Assembly: GCA_963813815.1 (NCBI GenBank)
Contig: CAWFAD010000016.1
Location: forward strand, 480,001 to 544,000
Reading direction: 5' to 3'
DNA: 64,000 nucleotides
Origin: an uncultured bacterium
GTDB lineage: Bacteria; Krumholzibacteriota; Krumholzibacteriia; Krumholzibacteriales; Krumholzibacteriaceae
The translations under genes and the position numbers were made by a program. The notes beneath the pieces were generated by a model. It did not search any database. It was not told the DNA's origin and saw only the letters and a list, made by a program, of their open reading frames with translations. Below are positions 47,901 to 55,696 of this stretch, one piece after another; the first letter of the stretch is position 1, and every line of letters begins with the position of its first letter.

Positions 47901-48790
47901 CGGTGCCTCCGGAGGAGACGTACATCTTTTTCGATTTCGGCATCACCAACACCTCGCCGAACTACGATTCGGAGTTCGATTACCAGCTCTCCACGGACGG
48001 CCCCGGCTTTCTCGCCTGGGGAGAATCCGATGGTAGAAACGTTTTGTTCGGAACGACCCCGCTGCTCGCTCCCGGCGAATCGCACGTCGTGACGGGCGCG
48101 GCGCTCGTCATTCCGGATGGCGCCGTCTTCGGGTCCGCGGAGCAAATCGTCGCGTTCTCCGTCTCGGCGCACGAGTATCCCGAGCGGCGGCAATCGGCGC
48201 AGACCGTCTTTTCCCTGGTGCAGCAAGTGGTCGCCGTCCTCGTGACGAAATTCGAGGCGGTCGCCGTCGAGGGCTGCGTCAGGCTCTCGTGGGATATCTC
48301 GGCGGACGGCGACGTCGAGGGATTCAACGTCTACCGCTCGGAGGGAGATGCGAAGGCGCTCGTCAACGAGGGAGGATTGCTGCCCCCGGACGCGAGAACC
48401 TGCGCCGATTTCGAGATCGCGGGGGGAAGGAGCTACGCCTACACGCTCGGGATCGTCACGAGCGACGGGAACGAGATGACGTCCCTCGAGGCCTTCGTTC
48501 AAACGAAGAGGTGTTCGCTCGCCCTGAGGCAGAATTTCCCGAATCCGTTCAATCCCGCGACGAGGATCTCGTTCTCGCTGCCCGAGCGGACGCACGTGAA
48601 AATCCATATCTATAATTCCGGAGGCGAGCTGATCGCGACTCTCGCCGACGGGGTTCTCGAAGAGGGTCTTCGCGAAGTGGAGTGGAACGGGAGGGACGAA
48701 CGGGGGAACGTCGTCGCTTCCGGCGTCTACTTCTGCCGGCTCGTGGCCGGCAAGCAGACCCTGACCCGCAAGATGGTGCTGCTGAGGTAG
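41921..48790 (+). CDS. Giant secreted matrixin-like metalloprotease with Ig/TIG domains, three YVTN-like beta-propellers and C-terminal FlgD-Ig sorting domain
   Basis: Signal peptide; DGDGDGVPD..D.CP Ca-binding repeats; HEAGHLFGISH; FSEPIDP/FSRAVDP (Big_5); IPT/TIG units; PDG..YV repeats; LRQNFPNPFNP..SGVYF.RL. Confidence 0.9.
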   Translation: MFRKKIIAIVTGVFLALLLSMGIEGQISGFMDGDGDGVPDSTDLCPFEDASYFDRDGDGCPDQVRSARHVEYWDADDMPFVYAIHEGGAPGIDDGSDFAALQAGMNVWAAVPGTDFSLLYGGTTAQSVAAALDRVNLVTFEDDEYYFPSAVLAVGISTSFTVDSLYDGTFYRAGQILDADMIFNPSKTFVTATAGSDGADIASIAAHEAGHLFGISHAAVWTSTLFFVLGPGGASADLEREDELMFLRSYPDSATLATSSRLGGTVADGLSGEPIPGAIVFAVSASTGDTLGCDYTLPDGSYLFLGLPDGEYYVDIYPLDASAPIGYMQPGHVNWLVASTAVTSFKPESWDLAESFDDDPSARDAVAVSAGAMTTADLVTDIDVTPPAVVEIIPESGAVGVYASAVVLARFSEPIDPETIAGNFRLVNTSSLASVGGSAGVLNGDSLIAFAPSASLAFSTRYELTIDAGIADRFGNPLGTPFVASFTTEAEPPLHVAGIVPASASAGSVVIFTGTGFDPDPDATTVHFAGADAVPVDASATALVVWVPPEAETGEVTIENSLGASNGILFTVLPSSEVARIYQAGVVGTDDLPRSLAVTPDGAYVYVATAGGLLAAVADPGNPDFLAVTKIDVAGGLTDLDVTPDGKRVYGVCRTLGLIHVFDSDPGDGALFNTRIATLSTGKAPLGVLIEPTGTRAFVPVEGGAVQIWDVSRSSASVHEQVGVIPPADPNILGKMAIDPAGERLLVPTTTGRLLAFDLASLALVAEAGIGSEPRDVAIDPAGMRAYVSDEAGNVSVISLAGVSYVQDIPVGGSLRGVDITPAGQFLYVANRETNVLGIVDLREDSPSFRHVVATIPQGINPVDVALSPNGLYAYSIAEEERILSVAAIGVGPAFRSLSRRAGPVGTKLVIAGSDFEGPCAIDFTGSGDTPIRAVPERSSGTALVVAVPEGGQSGPVSVVDGEGKRSNSQYFEALGPTPEPGRVRLMYGAGIDPAIDAAAVMAIAPSGDQAIIGTENGQILCVDLDPSSSTYNQTLHVSTIGSKAVTALAVVPDGSVAYVALENAGTAAEFYVVDVNRHSAAYGSVVGAVDFSSYPAIVSEEDSAVSEDESCVYAGEISISPDGAICLIQDACSDLIYMVDILPGSPTQNAVVDTICMPRVTEIAFHPGGEYAYVTSAFLLRAYVLDMNPESSTFGAIVNSIELPSPHANSSLICHPLALDFAPDGSRCLVLGKDFTENQPYIHTLDTTDPMNPVQIGVDLFGEPFPMSGTKAIRISPRGDRCVVALNDIGLMNLDISERPYEVLDHFADDFYGIEVETGFAPDGENVFVLSAAADSLITFDFGDAASVSLASGDGQTGVAGEILPAGLKVRVIDGSGEPAAGIAVTFLVTEGGGSFVGTGTPLAIAATDPEGIANVAWRLGPNLGVQRVSAFGYGLAGSPVGFSAEAVENPAELPLELADLAPATGAAEVSVTTAIKGTFSRAVDPATVDASAFSLRKADDSSPVPVSYGFTSENREVSLAPLVNLEFGAEYVIEISGALLDADGGPVQNPLASSFTTSASVPPALDAVSPPGAVAYTPVILSGEGFDAVPSNNTVLFNDVPATPVAGGFDYLEVKVPAGIESALVRVVVGPDTSNAVAFAGLVPEFEPIDEVIATVNTGYATQAVAVTSDGSRAYAISPESDVAVPVDLVNLASLAPISVGDHPVSIAMHPRSTFAFVANFGSGTVSEIDVDPASPYYHSIRANLPVEANPIDLAVSPEGDRLYVVNAGSASISIIDTDEESETYHEALATVETESAVNCVAVAPDGSRIYIGTDSGFIVLDPMSYAVLARISTGSATKTVTIVPDGTLMFLLTDGGEVFVVDIEPGSATENAVVAHIGVGSTVSSVTIKADGTLLYLIQEESDVVLVVLIELLDAVAVLDPGEELPPKTVRVSVVDSLWAGEDPTALAFDPTGSGLAYVTNAGPRTITVLNVSEVPYITCTVAAPPDTFVSVPPEETYIFFDFGITNTSPNYDSEFDYQLSTDGPGFLAWGESDGRNVLFGTTPLLAPGESHVVTGAALVIPDGAVFGSAEQIVAFSVSAHEYPERRQSAQTVFSLVQQVVAVLVTKFEAVAVEGCVRLSWDISADGDVEGFNVYRSEGDAKALVNEGGLLPPDARTCADFEIAGGRSYAYTLGIVTSDGNEMTSLEAFVQTKRCSLALRQNFPNPFNPATRISFSLPERTHVKIHIYNSGGELIATLADGVLEEGLREVEWNGRDERGNVVASGVYFCRLVAGKQTLTRKMVLLR

Positions 48791-48807
48791 CTCGCGCGGA
48801 GGGGGGA

Positions 48808-50445
48808 TCAGCGGCCGTCGATGCGCTCGAGGGCCGCGGCGGCGGCGCCGCGGTCCTCGAGCGAGCCCAGCTTGGCGAGGGCGAGCCAGTGCCGGCGGGC
48901 CTCCGGGATCATCCCGGATCCCTCGTACAGCTCCGCGAGGCAGCGATGGAGCTCGGCGTCATTCGGAAGTATCTCGAGCGCCCGCTCGAGGAACGGCAGC
49001 GCCAGATCTTCCCGGTGAATCATCCGCTCGGCCCGGCCCAAGTGTTTGAGGATATGCCCTCGCGCGCCGGGATCCGAGTTCTTTTCTCGTTCCGCCCGGA
49101 GGAGCCCGAGCTCGAGCACGTTCAGCGCTTCCTCGGGGCGGCCCGCGTCGAGCAGGAGCGCGCCGAGATTGTTGTAACCTTCGACGAGAAGCGAATCCGA
49201 CTCGATTGCGGCGCGGAAATACCTCTCGGCTCCGGCGACGTCTCGCATGGCCCACCGCACGCCGGCGAGATTGAAGAGGGCGATCGTGTAGCGATCGTTG
49301 ACGGAAAGCGCCCGTAGCAGGAGCGAATCCGCTTCCCGCCAGTTGCCCCCGCTGATGGCGAGCGCCGCCAGGTTGTTCCAGGGCACCTCCCAGCGCTGGT
49401 CGGCGATGATCGCGTTGCGGTATTCGACGTTGGCGAGATCGATCTTGCCCAGCTTCTCGAATCCTTGTCCGAGCTCGTTGTGATGTTTCGCGAGCGCGCG
49501 ATCGCCGTCGGCGGCCCTTCGCTCGAAAACGAGGGTGAGCGCCCCGAGCACGATCGCGGCGGAGGCGGCCGGGATGAGAATGCGCATGAGGCTGCGTTTG
49601 AGCCCCGATCCTTCCCCGGACAGGGGCGGCCGTTCCCGCTGCAGGATGGTTTCCAGTTCTCGCTTGAACTCCGCGGCGCCGGCGAACCTTTCGTTCGGAT
49701 TCTTCTTCAAGGCTCGATCGATCGCCGCGTCGAGACCCGCGGGAAAACCGCCGATCGTCTCGCGGTCGATCGGAAGATACGGTTCGTTCGTGATCGAATA
49801 CATGACCGCCATCGGGTGTTCCCCGGGGAACGGGTGGCGGCCCGTCAGCATTTCGTAGAGAACGATGCCGAGAGAAAAGAGGTCGCTTCGAGCGTCGATC
49901 CTGTTGCCTATCGTTTGCTCGGGCGACATGTAGGATATGGTGCCGATGGTGCCCCCCTCGACGGTGATCGTCTCGCTCGTCGTCACCCGCACGATACCGA
50001 AGTCCATCAGCTTCGGGATGCCTTCGTCGGTGACGATGACGTTCTCCGGCTTGAGGTCCCGGTGTATGAGGCCGGCGCCGTGGAGCTTTTCCAGCGCGTC
50101 GAGCAGCTCGACGGCATGCTCGATCGTCCGCCGCCAGGGAACGGGCCCCTCGGAGATCATCTGCCGAACGGTCTTCCCCTTGAGGAGCTCCATGGCGAGG
50201 TAGAGGAGCCCTTTGTCCTCGCCCGCCGCATAGACCGTGACGATATTGCGATGATTGATGCTGGAGCAGGCTCGCGCTTCGCGGAGGAAACGCTCCTTGC
50301 CGCGCGCGCCGAGCTGCGCGGGGTGGATGACTTTGACGGCGAGGGTTCGGTCGAGAGTTTCGTCCCGCGCGAGGAAAACGGTCCCCATGCCACCGCTGCC
50401 GATGGTATCGAGGATTTCGTAGCTTGCGATGCGATCGAGCTCCAT
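48808..50445 (-). CDS. Hanks-type Ser/Thr kinase, single TM, extracytoplasmic TPRs
   Basis: GSGGMG, AVK, HRDLKPEN, DFG, YMSPEQ; TM ILIPAASAAIVLGALTLVF; TPRs after the TM. Confidence 0.95.
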   Translation of the reverse strand: MELDRIASYEILDTIGSGGMGTVFLARDETLDRTLAVKVIHPAQLGARGKERFLREARACSSINHRNIVTVYAAGEDKGLLYLAMELLKGKTVRQMISEGPVPWRRTIEHAVELLDALEKLHGAGLIHRDLKPENVIVTDEGIPKLMDFGIVRVTTSETITVEGGTIGTISYMSPEQTIGNRIDARSDLFSLGIVLYEMLTGRHPFPGEHPMAVMYSITNEPYLPIDRETIGGFPAGLDAAIDRALKKNPNERFAGAAEFKRELETILQRERPPLSGEGSGLKRSLMRILIPAASAAIVLGALTLVFERRAADGDRALAKHHNELGQGFEKLGKIDLANVEYRNAIIADQRWEVPWNNLAALAISGGNWREADSLLLRALSVNDRYTIALFNLAGVRWAMRDVAGAERYFRAAIESDSLLVEGYNNLGALLLDAGRPEEALNVLELGLLRAEREKNSDPGARGHILKHLGRAERMIHREDLALPFLERALEILPNDAELHRCLAELYEGSGMIPEARRHWLALAKLGSLEDRGAAAAALERIDGR

Positions 50446-50470
50446 GAAGCGCTCTCGGCGGCTTTGATCC

Positions 50471-51424
50471 TCACCGCTTTTCGAGCAGGTGCTTGTACTC
50501 GCCGAGCGCTTCGACCGGCCGTCCGCCTTCGGCGTACAGATGGGCGAGGATCGAGTGCAGGGTGGCGTTGTCCGGATCTTTTTCGAGCGCCGTCCTCGTC
50601 TCCGCGATCGCCTCGTTCACGCATCCCGCGTCGAAGAAAAGGCTCGCCCGCACGAAATGCAGGGCGAGCACGCTCGGTATCTCCTCTTTCTCGAGGGATT
50701 TCAGGGCGAGCGCGAGATCTCGCTCCTCCTCGGGCGAAAGGATCTCGAAGAAAGCGGCCTGGCTACGGATGGGCGGAAAGACGAGGGGATCGGCCGTTTC
50801 GACCGCCCACGAATACACCGTTCCGGGGGCGAGCGGCGGCGCTTCCTCGGGATACCGCAGACTCGTGCCGGCCGGCACCTTCTGCTCCCACTGAACCGCC
50901 TCTTCGTTGTACAGCACGACACGGAGCTTCTTGGTCGAATCGGAGCAGCTCCATTGGAAGAGCGGGCGCATCGTTCGTATCCTCGTATCGCAGGGGGCAA
51001 TAGGCCTCAGATCGCGGCATTTCTCGCCCGATCTCAGTCCCACCATTGAGCTCGATCCCTTGTAGTTCTTCAGCTTGATGAACTCCTGCACCGACTCGAA
51101 GCTCCGGGACTCCTTCTCCGGTCGCGCCGACCGGCCCGCCTGCGGCTGCGCTTTCACCTGCATCCGGCTTCTCGAGCCGATGATGATCCATGTTCCGTTT
51201 TCGAAGTGTATCTCGGCCTCGGAGTCCTCTCCCGTCTGCACCTCGTCGCCCTCGTAGAGCGGCAGGCCGAAGGAGCCGGGTTGGGACTGTCCTCCGCTTC
51301 TCGAGACGTCCGCGGCGCCTCTGCACGACAGGAGAATGGCGACCGGCTTCTCGGCGGCAACCGGAGGACTCATGATGAAGGTCGCGGCAAAAATCGCTAA
51401 GCACGCGCCGAAACGAATCCTCAT
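50471..51424 (-). CDS. Exported FecR-like + DUF928-like + TPR protein
   Basis: Signal peptide; LYEGDEVQTG.DS.AEI.F.NGT (FecR-like); P.FQW, YP...PPL.PG..YSW.V, LF..AG...EAI (DUF928-like). Confidence 0.7.
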   Translation of the reverse strand: MRIRFGACLAIFAATFIMSPPVAAEKPVAILLSCRGAADVSRSGGQSQPGSFGLPLYEGDEVQTGEDSEAEIHFENGTWIIIGSRSRMQVKAQPQAGRSARPEKESRSFESVQEFIKLKNYKGSSSMVGLRSGEKCRDLRPIAPCDTRIRTMRPLFQWSCSDSTKKLRVVLYNEEAVQWEQKVPAGTSLRYPEEAPPLAPGTVYSWAVETADPLVFPPIRSQAAFFEILSPEEERDLALALKSLEKEEIPSVLALHFVRASLFFDAGCVNEAIAETRTALEKDPDNATLHSILAHLYAEGGRPVEALGEYKHLLEKR

Positions 51425-51480
51425 GACGCACCTGCCTGGCTATTGTGAATATCGGGGGCTGAGAATCCCTTGATGAGCTC

Positions 51481-51508
51481 ATTATACCGCGATGGGGGGA
51501 GAAAGCAA
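51481..51508 (-). promoter_or_regulatory. sigma70 promoter of the FecR/kinase pair
   Basis: Minus strand TTGCTT-16 nt-TATAAT. Confidence 0.5.
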
Positions 51509-51666
51509 GCATAAAAGCTCGCCGTCCGGACCGGACGGCGAGCCGTCGCCCGGCGCGGGAGCGAGCGCGGTCTCCCGCCGATTCTGGGGGCGAGGCGGGG
51601 CCGGTTGTGATACAATAAAAAACCCTCATTTTCACAGCGACGGAGGGAAAGGAAGGTGGCAGCGAC

Positions 51667-53502
51667 ATGACGGGGAAAACGCGTTTTCGACTCGCGGCCT
51701 CGATGCTGATGCTGGCCGCGTGCGCTTCTCTCGTCGCGGCCTCGGTCCGCGCCGAAAAGAGCGAGGACGAAGAGCTCGCCGAAATCAGGAAGATGATCGC
51801 GGACAGGGGTTATCACTGGACCGCGGGGAAGACGTCGGTTTCGGGGCTCTCCGATGAGGAGAAGATGAAGCTCTGCGGCTACGTTCAGCCTCCCGATTGG
51901 ATGCTCGCCGGCATCCCGGTGTTCTACGCTTCCGACAGCGCCGTGACCGACACGCGCTTCGATTGGCGCGATTACGGCTTCGTGACTCCCGCGAAGAATC
52001 AGAAATCGTGCGGCTCGTGCTGGGCCTTCGCGGCCGTCGGGGAGCTCGAGAGCCATATGCTGATCTACGACGGTCGATACGAGGATCTCTCGGAGCAGCA
52101 GGTGCTCTCGTGCATCACGACGGGCGGCGACTGCGGCGGCGGATGGATGTACGAGGCGTACAACGTTTTCATGGCTCAGGGATCGGTCACCGAGGCGTGC
52201 ATGCCGTACATGGGCGTCGATACGATACCCTGCACGGAGGATCAGTGCACGCATCTCGCCTTCGCGGCGAGCTACGTCACGGTGCCGAACAGCGTGAACG
52301 ACATCAAGCAAGCCGTCCTGAGAGGCCCCGTCTCGACCACGTTTCAGGCGCTCGGAGATTTCTTCTACTACACGGGCGGATGCTATGAGAACGATTCCGG
52401 CATCAGCCGGATCAACCATGCCGTGATCATCGTCGGCTGGGACGACGAGATGTGCGAGGGGCAAGGCGCCTGGATCTGCAAGAACAGCTGGGGCGAGAGC
52501 TGGGGCGAGAACGGATTTTTCAACATCAGATACGGCGATCTCGCGATAGGGTCAAACTCGATGCAGATCATATACAGCCCGAGCCCCGTGCTGGTTCGCC
52601 TCGACGCTCCGAACCGGGGGGAGAGCTGGGTGGCCGGCGGCGAGTATCAGGTGAGCTGGACGATCGGGCGCGGAACGCCCGATTCGATCGGCATCTACCT
52701 CAGCACGGACGGCGGCGCGTCGTACGGCGAGACCGTGGCGTCGGGACTCGAAAATACCGGAACCTTCAGATGGAAGGTCCCCGTCGCGCCGGCGGCGCAG
52801 GCGAAGCTTCTCGTCAGGGCCTACGCGTCCGGCGCCATCGGAGGCATGGATACGAGCGACAGCGTCTTTTCGATCGTGGAAGATCTCGAAGGGCCGGCCG
52901 TGACGGTCACGCACCCGAACGGCGGCGAACAGTACCATCCGGGCGACACCCTCGATATCGAGTGGATGGCGTCGGACAACGCGTCGGTCGAATCGATCGA
53001 CATCTACTGCTCGGCGAACGGCGGGATCGACTATGTCGCCGTGGCGGCGGGCGAGGAAAACGATTCGATATTCAAGTGGGTCGTTCCCTCCTCGTTCGGC
53101 GATTCCTGTCTCGTGAAGGTCGTGGCCCGCGATCCGAGCTCGCTCACGGGCGAGGATGCGAGCGATGCGCCGTTTTACATCGTCGAGGCGAGCACCGGCG
53201 TCGGGGACATCGCCCCTCCGCGCTTCACGAACCGCCTCGAGCAGAACTACCCGAACCCGTTCAACGGAACGACGACGATCGGGTACTCCGTCGCCGGGCG
53301 TTCGCAGGTGCTCGTGCGGATTTACGACACGGCCGGGAAGCTCGTGAAGGTCGTCGAGCGAGCGACGAGGGAGCCGGGAACGTACGTCGCCATATGGAGG
53401 GGCGTGGATGAGGCGGGACGCGGCGTCGCTTCGGGCGTGTACTTCTGCTCCATCACGGCCGGCGATTTTATGGATTCGAGAAAGATCGTCTACTTGAGAT
53501 AG
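51667..53502 (+). CDS. Papain-family (C1A) cysteine protease with FlgD-Ig sorting domain
   Basis: FDWR, NQKSCGSCWAF, NHAV.IVGW, KNSWG..WGENG, two PN.GE domains and LEQNYPNPFN. Confidence 0.93.
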   Translation: MTGKTRFRLAASMLMLAACASLVAASVRAEKSEDEELAEIRKMIADRGYHWTAGKTSVSGLSDEEKMKLCGYVQPPDWMLAGIPVFYASDSAVTDTRFDWRDYGFVTPAKNQKSCGSCWAFAAVGELESHMLIYDGRYEDLSEQQVLSCITTGGDCGGGWMYEAYNVFMAQGSVTEACMPYMGVDTIPCTEDQCTHLAFAASYVTVPNSVNDIKQAVLRGPVSTTFQALGDFFYYTGGCYENDSGISRINHAVIIVGWDDEMCEGQGAWICKNSWGESWGENGFFNIRYGDLAIGSNSMQIIYSPSPVLVRLDAPNRGESWVAGGEYQVSWTIGRGTPDSIGIYLSTDGGASYGETVASGLENTGTFRWKVPVAPAAQAKLLVRAYASGAIGGMDTSDSVFSIVEDLEGPAVTVTHPNGGEQYHPGDTLDIEWMASDNASVESIDIYCSANGGIDYVAVAAGEENDSIFKWVVPSSFGDSCLVKVVARDPSSLTGEDASDAPFYIVEASTGVGDIAPPRFTNRLEQNYPNPFNGTTTIGYSVAGRSQVLVRIYDTAGKLVKVVERATREPGTYVAIWRGVDEAGRGVASGVYFCSITAGDFMDSRKIVYLR

Positions 53503-53561
53503 CGTCGGATTGGTTCGAGACCCCGAAACCGGAAGCTCAAATCGGGAACAGGAGGTGCAAA

Positions 53562-53672
53562 GTGGGAGACAAGGGCAAAAAGGACAAGAACAAGAGTCAG
53601 AAGCAGAAGATCAGCAAGATGGATCTAAAGGTGAAAGGGAAGCTGGCGAGGTTGCCGAGAAGAACGCCTTGA
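53562..53672 (+). CDS. Small Lys-rich peptide (36 aa)
   Basis: AGGAGG RBS then GTG: MGDKGKKDKNKSQKQKISKMDLKVKGKLARLPRRTP. Confidence 0.6.
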   Translation: MGDKGKKDKNKSQKQKISKMDLKVKGKLARLPRRTP

Positions 53673-53691
53673 TGAAAAGCGAGGCGCGCTC

Positions 53692-54744
53692 CTATTCCTG
53701 CGGCCGCACGATGACCTTGATCGATTTTTTCCCCTCGGCGACGAGGCGGAAGCCCTTGGCGGTTTCGGCGAGCGGGAGGCGGTGGGTGATCATGTCGTCG
53801 ACTTCGACGCGCCCAGCGCGCAGCATCTCGATCGCGAGCTCCGTGTCGACGGGCGGCCCCGCGTACGTGGAAACGATCGTCGCTTGATCGCGCCAGATCT
53901 CCCAGCACGGCATCGCGGCCGTCGTCCCCGGCTCGAGCGGGGCGAAGAGCAGCACCGTGCCTCCGCGATCGACGGAGTGGAAGGCCTGCTCGACGACGCC
54001 CGGCGCGCCGGCCGCCGTGACGACGAGATCGAAGAGACGGGAGCCGTTCGACTCGCGGAGGCGCTGCGGGGACGCATCCTTCGCCTCGATGACGGCGTCG
54101 GCGCCGAAGCGCTTCGCCACGTTGAGGCGGAAGCCGTTGACGTCGGTCGCGGCGATGTGTCCCGCGCCGAGGGCGGCGAGCGATTTAACGAAGAGAAGCC
54201 CCGAGATGCCCGCGCCGAGGACGAGGGAGCTCATCCCCGGCTCGAAGCGGGCGACGCGGAGCCCGCGCAGCACGCAGGCGAGCGGCTCGACGAACGTGCC
54301 CTCGTCGAAGGAAAGCTCGTCGGGGAGAATGAACGTGCCGCGGTCGACGTTGATCTGCGGCACGCGGAGATATTCGCAGAATCCGCCCGGGTCGAAGTTG
54401 GTCGAGCGGAGTGTGTCGCAGAGGGAGTGCTTTCCGGCGAGACAGTGTCGGCACGTGTTGCAGGGGACGTGGTGCGCCACGGTGACGCGGTCGCCGGGCT
54501 TGAAGCGCTTCACGCCCCGTCCGGCCTCGGTGATCGTGCCCGCGATCTCGTGCCCGAGAACGAGCGGCGCCTTCGCGAGCCGGTACCACTCCATGACGTC
54601 GCTGCCGCAGATGCCGCTCGACTCGATGCGGACGAGAAGCTCTCCCGGGCCGATTCTCGGCACGGGCATCTCCTCGATACGGACGTCGGCGTTCCGGTAG
54701 TAGACCGCCGCGCGCATCGTTTCGTGTTTCGGGTGCTTCGGCAT
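53692..54744 (-). CDS. Zn-dependent MDR dehydrogenase (iditol/threonine dehydrogenase-like)
   Basis: GICGSD, LGHE.AG, C..C..C.......C, EPLAC and GAG.SG motifs. Confidence 0.92.
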   Translation of the reverse strand: MPKHPKHETMRAAVYYRNADVRIEEMPVPRIGPGELLVRIESSGICGSDVMEWYRLAKAPLVLGHEIAGTITEAGRGVKRFKPGDRVTVAHHVPCNTCRHCLAGKHSLCDTLRSTNFDPGGFCEYLRVPQINVDRGTFILPDELSFDEGTFVEPLACVLRGLRVARFEPGMSSLVLGAGISGLLFVKSLAALGAGHIAATDVNGFRLNVAKRFGADAVIEAKDASPQRLRESNGSRLFDLVVTAAGAPGVVEQAFHSVDRGGTVLLFAPLEPGTTAAMPCWEIWRDQATIVSTYAGPPVDTELAIEMLRAGRVEVDDMITHRLPLAETAKGFRLVAEGKKSIKVIVRPQE

Positions 54745-54770
54745 CTGCGCTCTCCGGCGGGGCGTCCCCG

Positions 54771-55568
54771 CTAGTTTCTCGTCACCATGAGGTCGCCGAA
54801 GAGATCGAGCGCTTTCTTCACCGTGAATTTTTCGTGCACGATCGCTCGCACCGCCTGGATCGCGGCGACGGGGTGCTCGGACTGCCAGATGTTGCGGCCC
54901 ATGTCGACTCCCGCGGCGCCGCGGCTCAGGGCGTCGTGCGTGAGCTGGAACACGTCGCGCATCGTCTCGAGCTTCGGCCCGCCGGCGATGACGACGGGAA
55001 CGGGACAGCCCTCGACGACCTTTTCGAACCCCTCGCAGTAATATGTTTTCACGAAATGCGCGCCGAGCTCCGCCGCGATGCGGCAGCTGAGGGAGAGAAA
55101 ACGCGCGTCGCGCTTGCCGAGCTCCTTGCCGACCGCCGTGACGGCGAGCACCGGGATGCCGAAGGTCTCCCCCTCGTTCACGAGATCGGCGAGGCTGAGG
55201 AGCGTCTGGCGCTCGTAGTCCGTTCCGACGAAGATCGAGAGGGCGACCGCCGAGACGTTCAGCCGGATCGCCTCCTCGAACGTGGTCGTGATTCCTTCGT
55301 CCGCGAGAGAGGGGCCGATGACGCTCGTTCCTCCCGATACGCGGAGCACGATCGGCGTTTGCGCCTTGGGGTCGACCGATGTTCGCAGCACGCCTCTCGT
55401 CGGCATGAGCGCGTCGGCGTACTCGAGGAGCGGCGCGATCGTCGCGCGCGGATTCTCGAGCTTGGAGGTGGGGCCGAGGAAATAGCCGTGATCGACGGCG
55501 AGCATGACCGTGCGTCCGGTCGCGGGCCGAAAGATTCGCGCGAGTCTGTTCTGAAGTCCCCAATCCAT
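54771..55568 (-). CDS. lsrF: LsrF-like thiolase / class I aldolase
   Basis: MDWG.QNRLARIF, MLA.DHGYF.GPT, RIAAELGA..VKTYY, IAGGPK and GVDMGRNI.Q. Confidence 0.9.
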   Translation of the reverse strand: MDWGLQNRLARIFRPATGRTVMLAVDHGYFLGPTSKLENPRATIAPLLEYADALMPTRGVLRTSVDPKAQTPIVLRVSGGTSVIGPSLADEGITTTFEEAIRLNVSAVALSIFVGTDYERQTLLSLADLVNEGETFGIPVLAVTAVGKELGKRDARFLSLSCRIAAELGAHFVKTYYCEGFEKVVEGCPVPVVIAGGPKLETMRDVFQLTHDALSRGAAGVDMGRNIWQSEHPVAAIQAVRAIVHEKFTVKKALDLFGDLMVTRN

Positions 55569-55696
55569 AGGAGCGCTCCCTCCTCGTCATCGACGCCTCG
55601 CCCATGATCCGCCCGGACATCGTCTTCGGGCGGCCCCGGCGGGCCGTGCTCAGCCATTGAGTGAACGTCGAGTGTAGAATCGTTCGGGGCGTTCCG

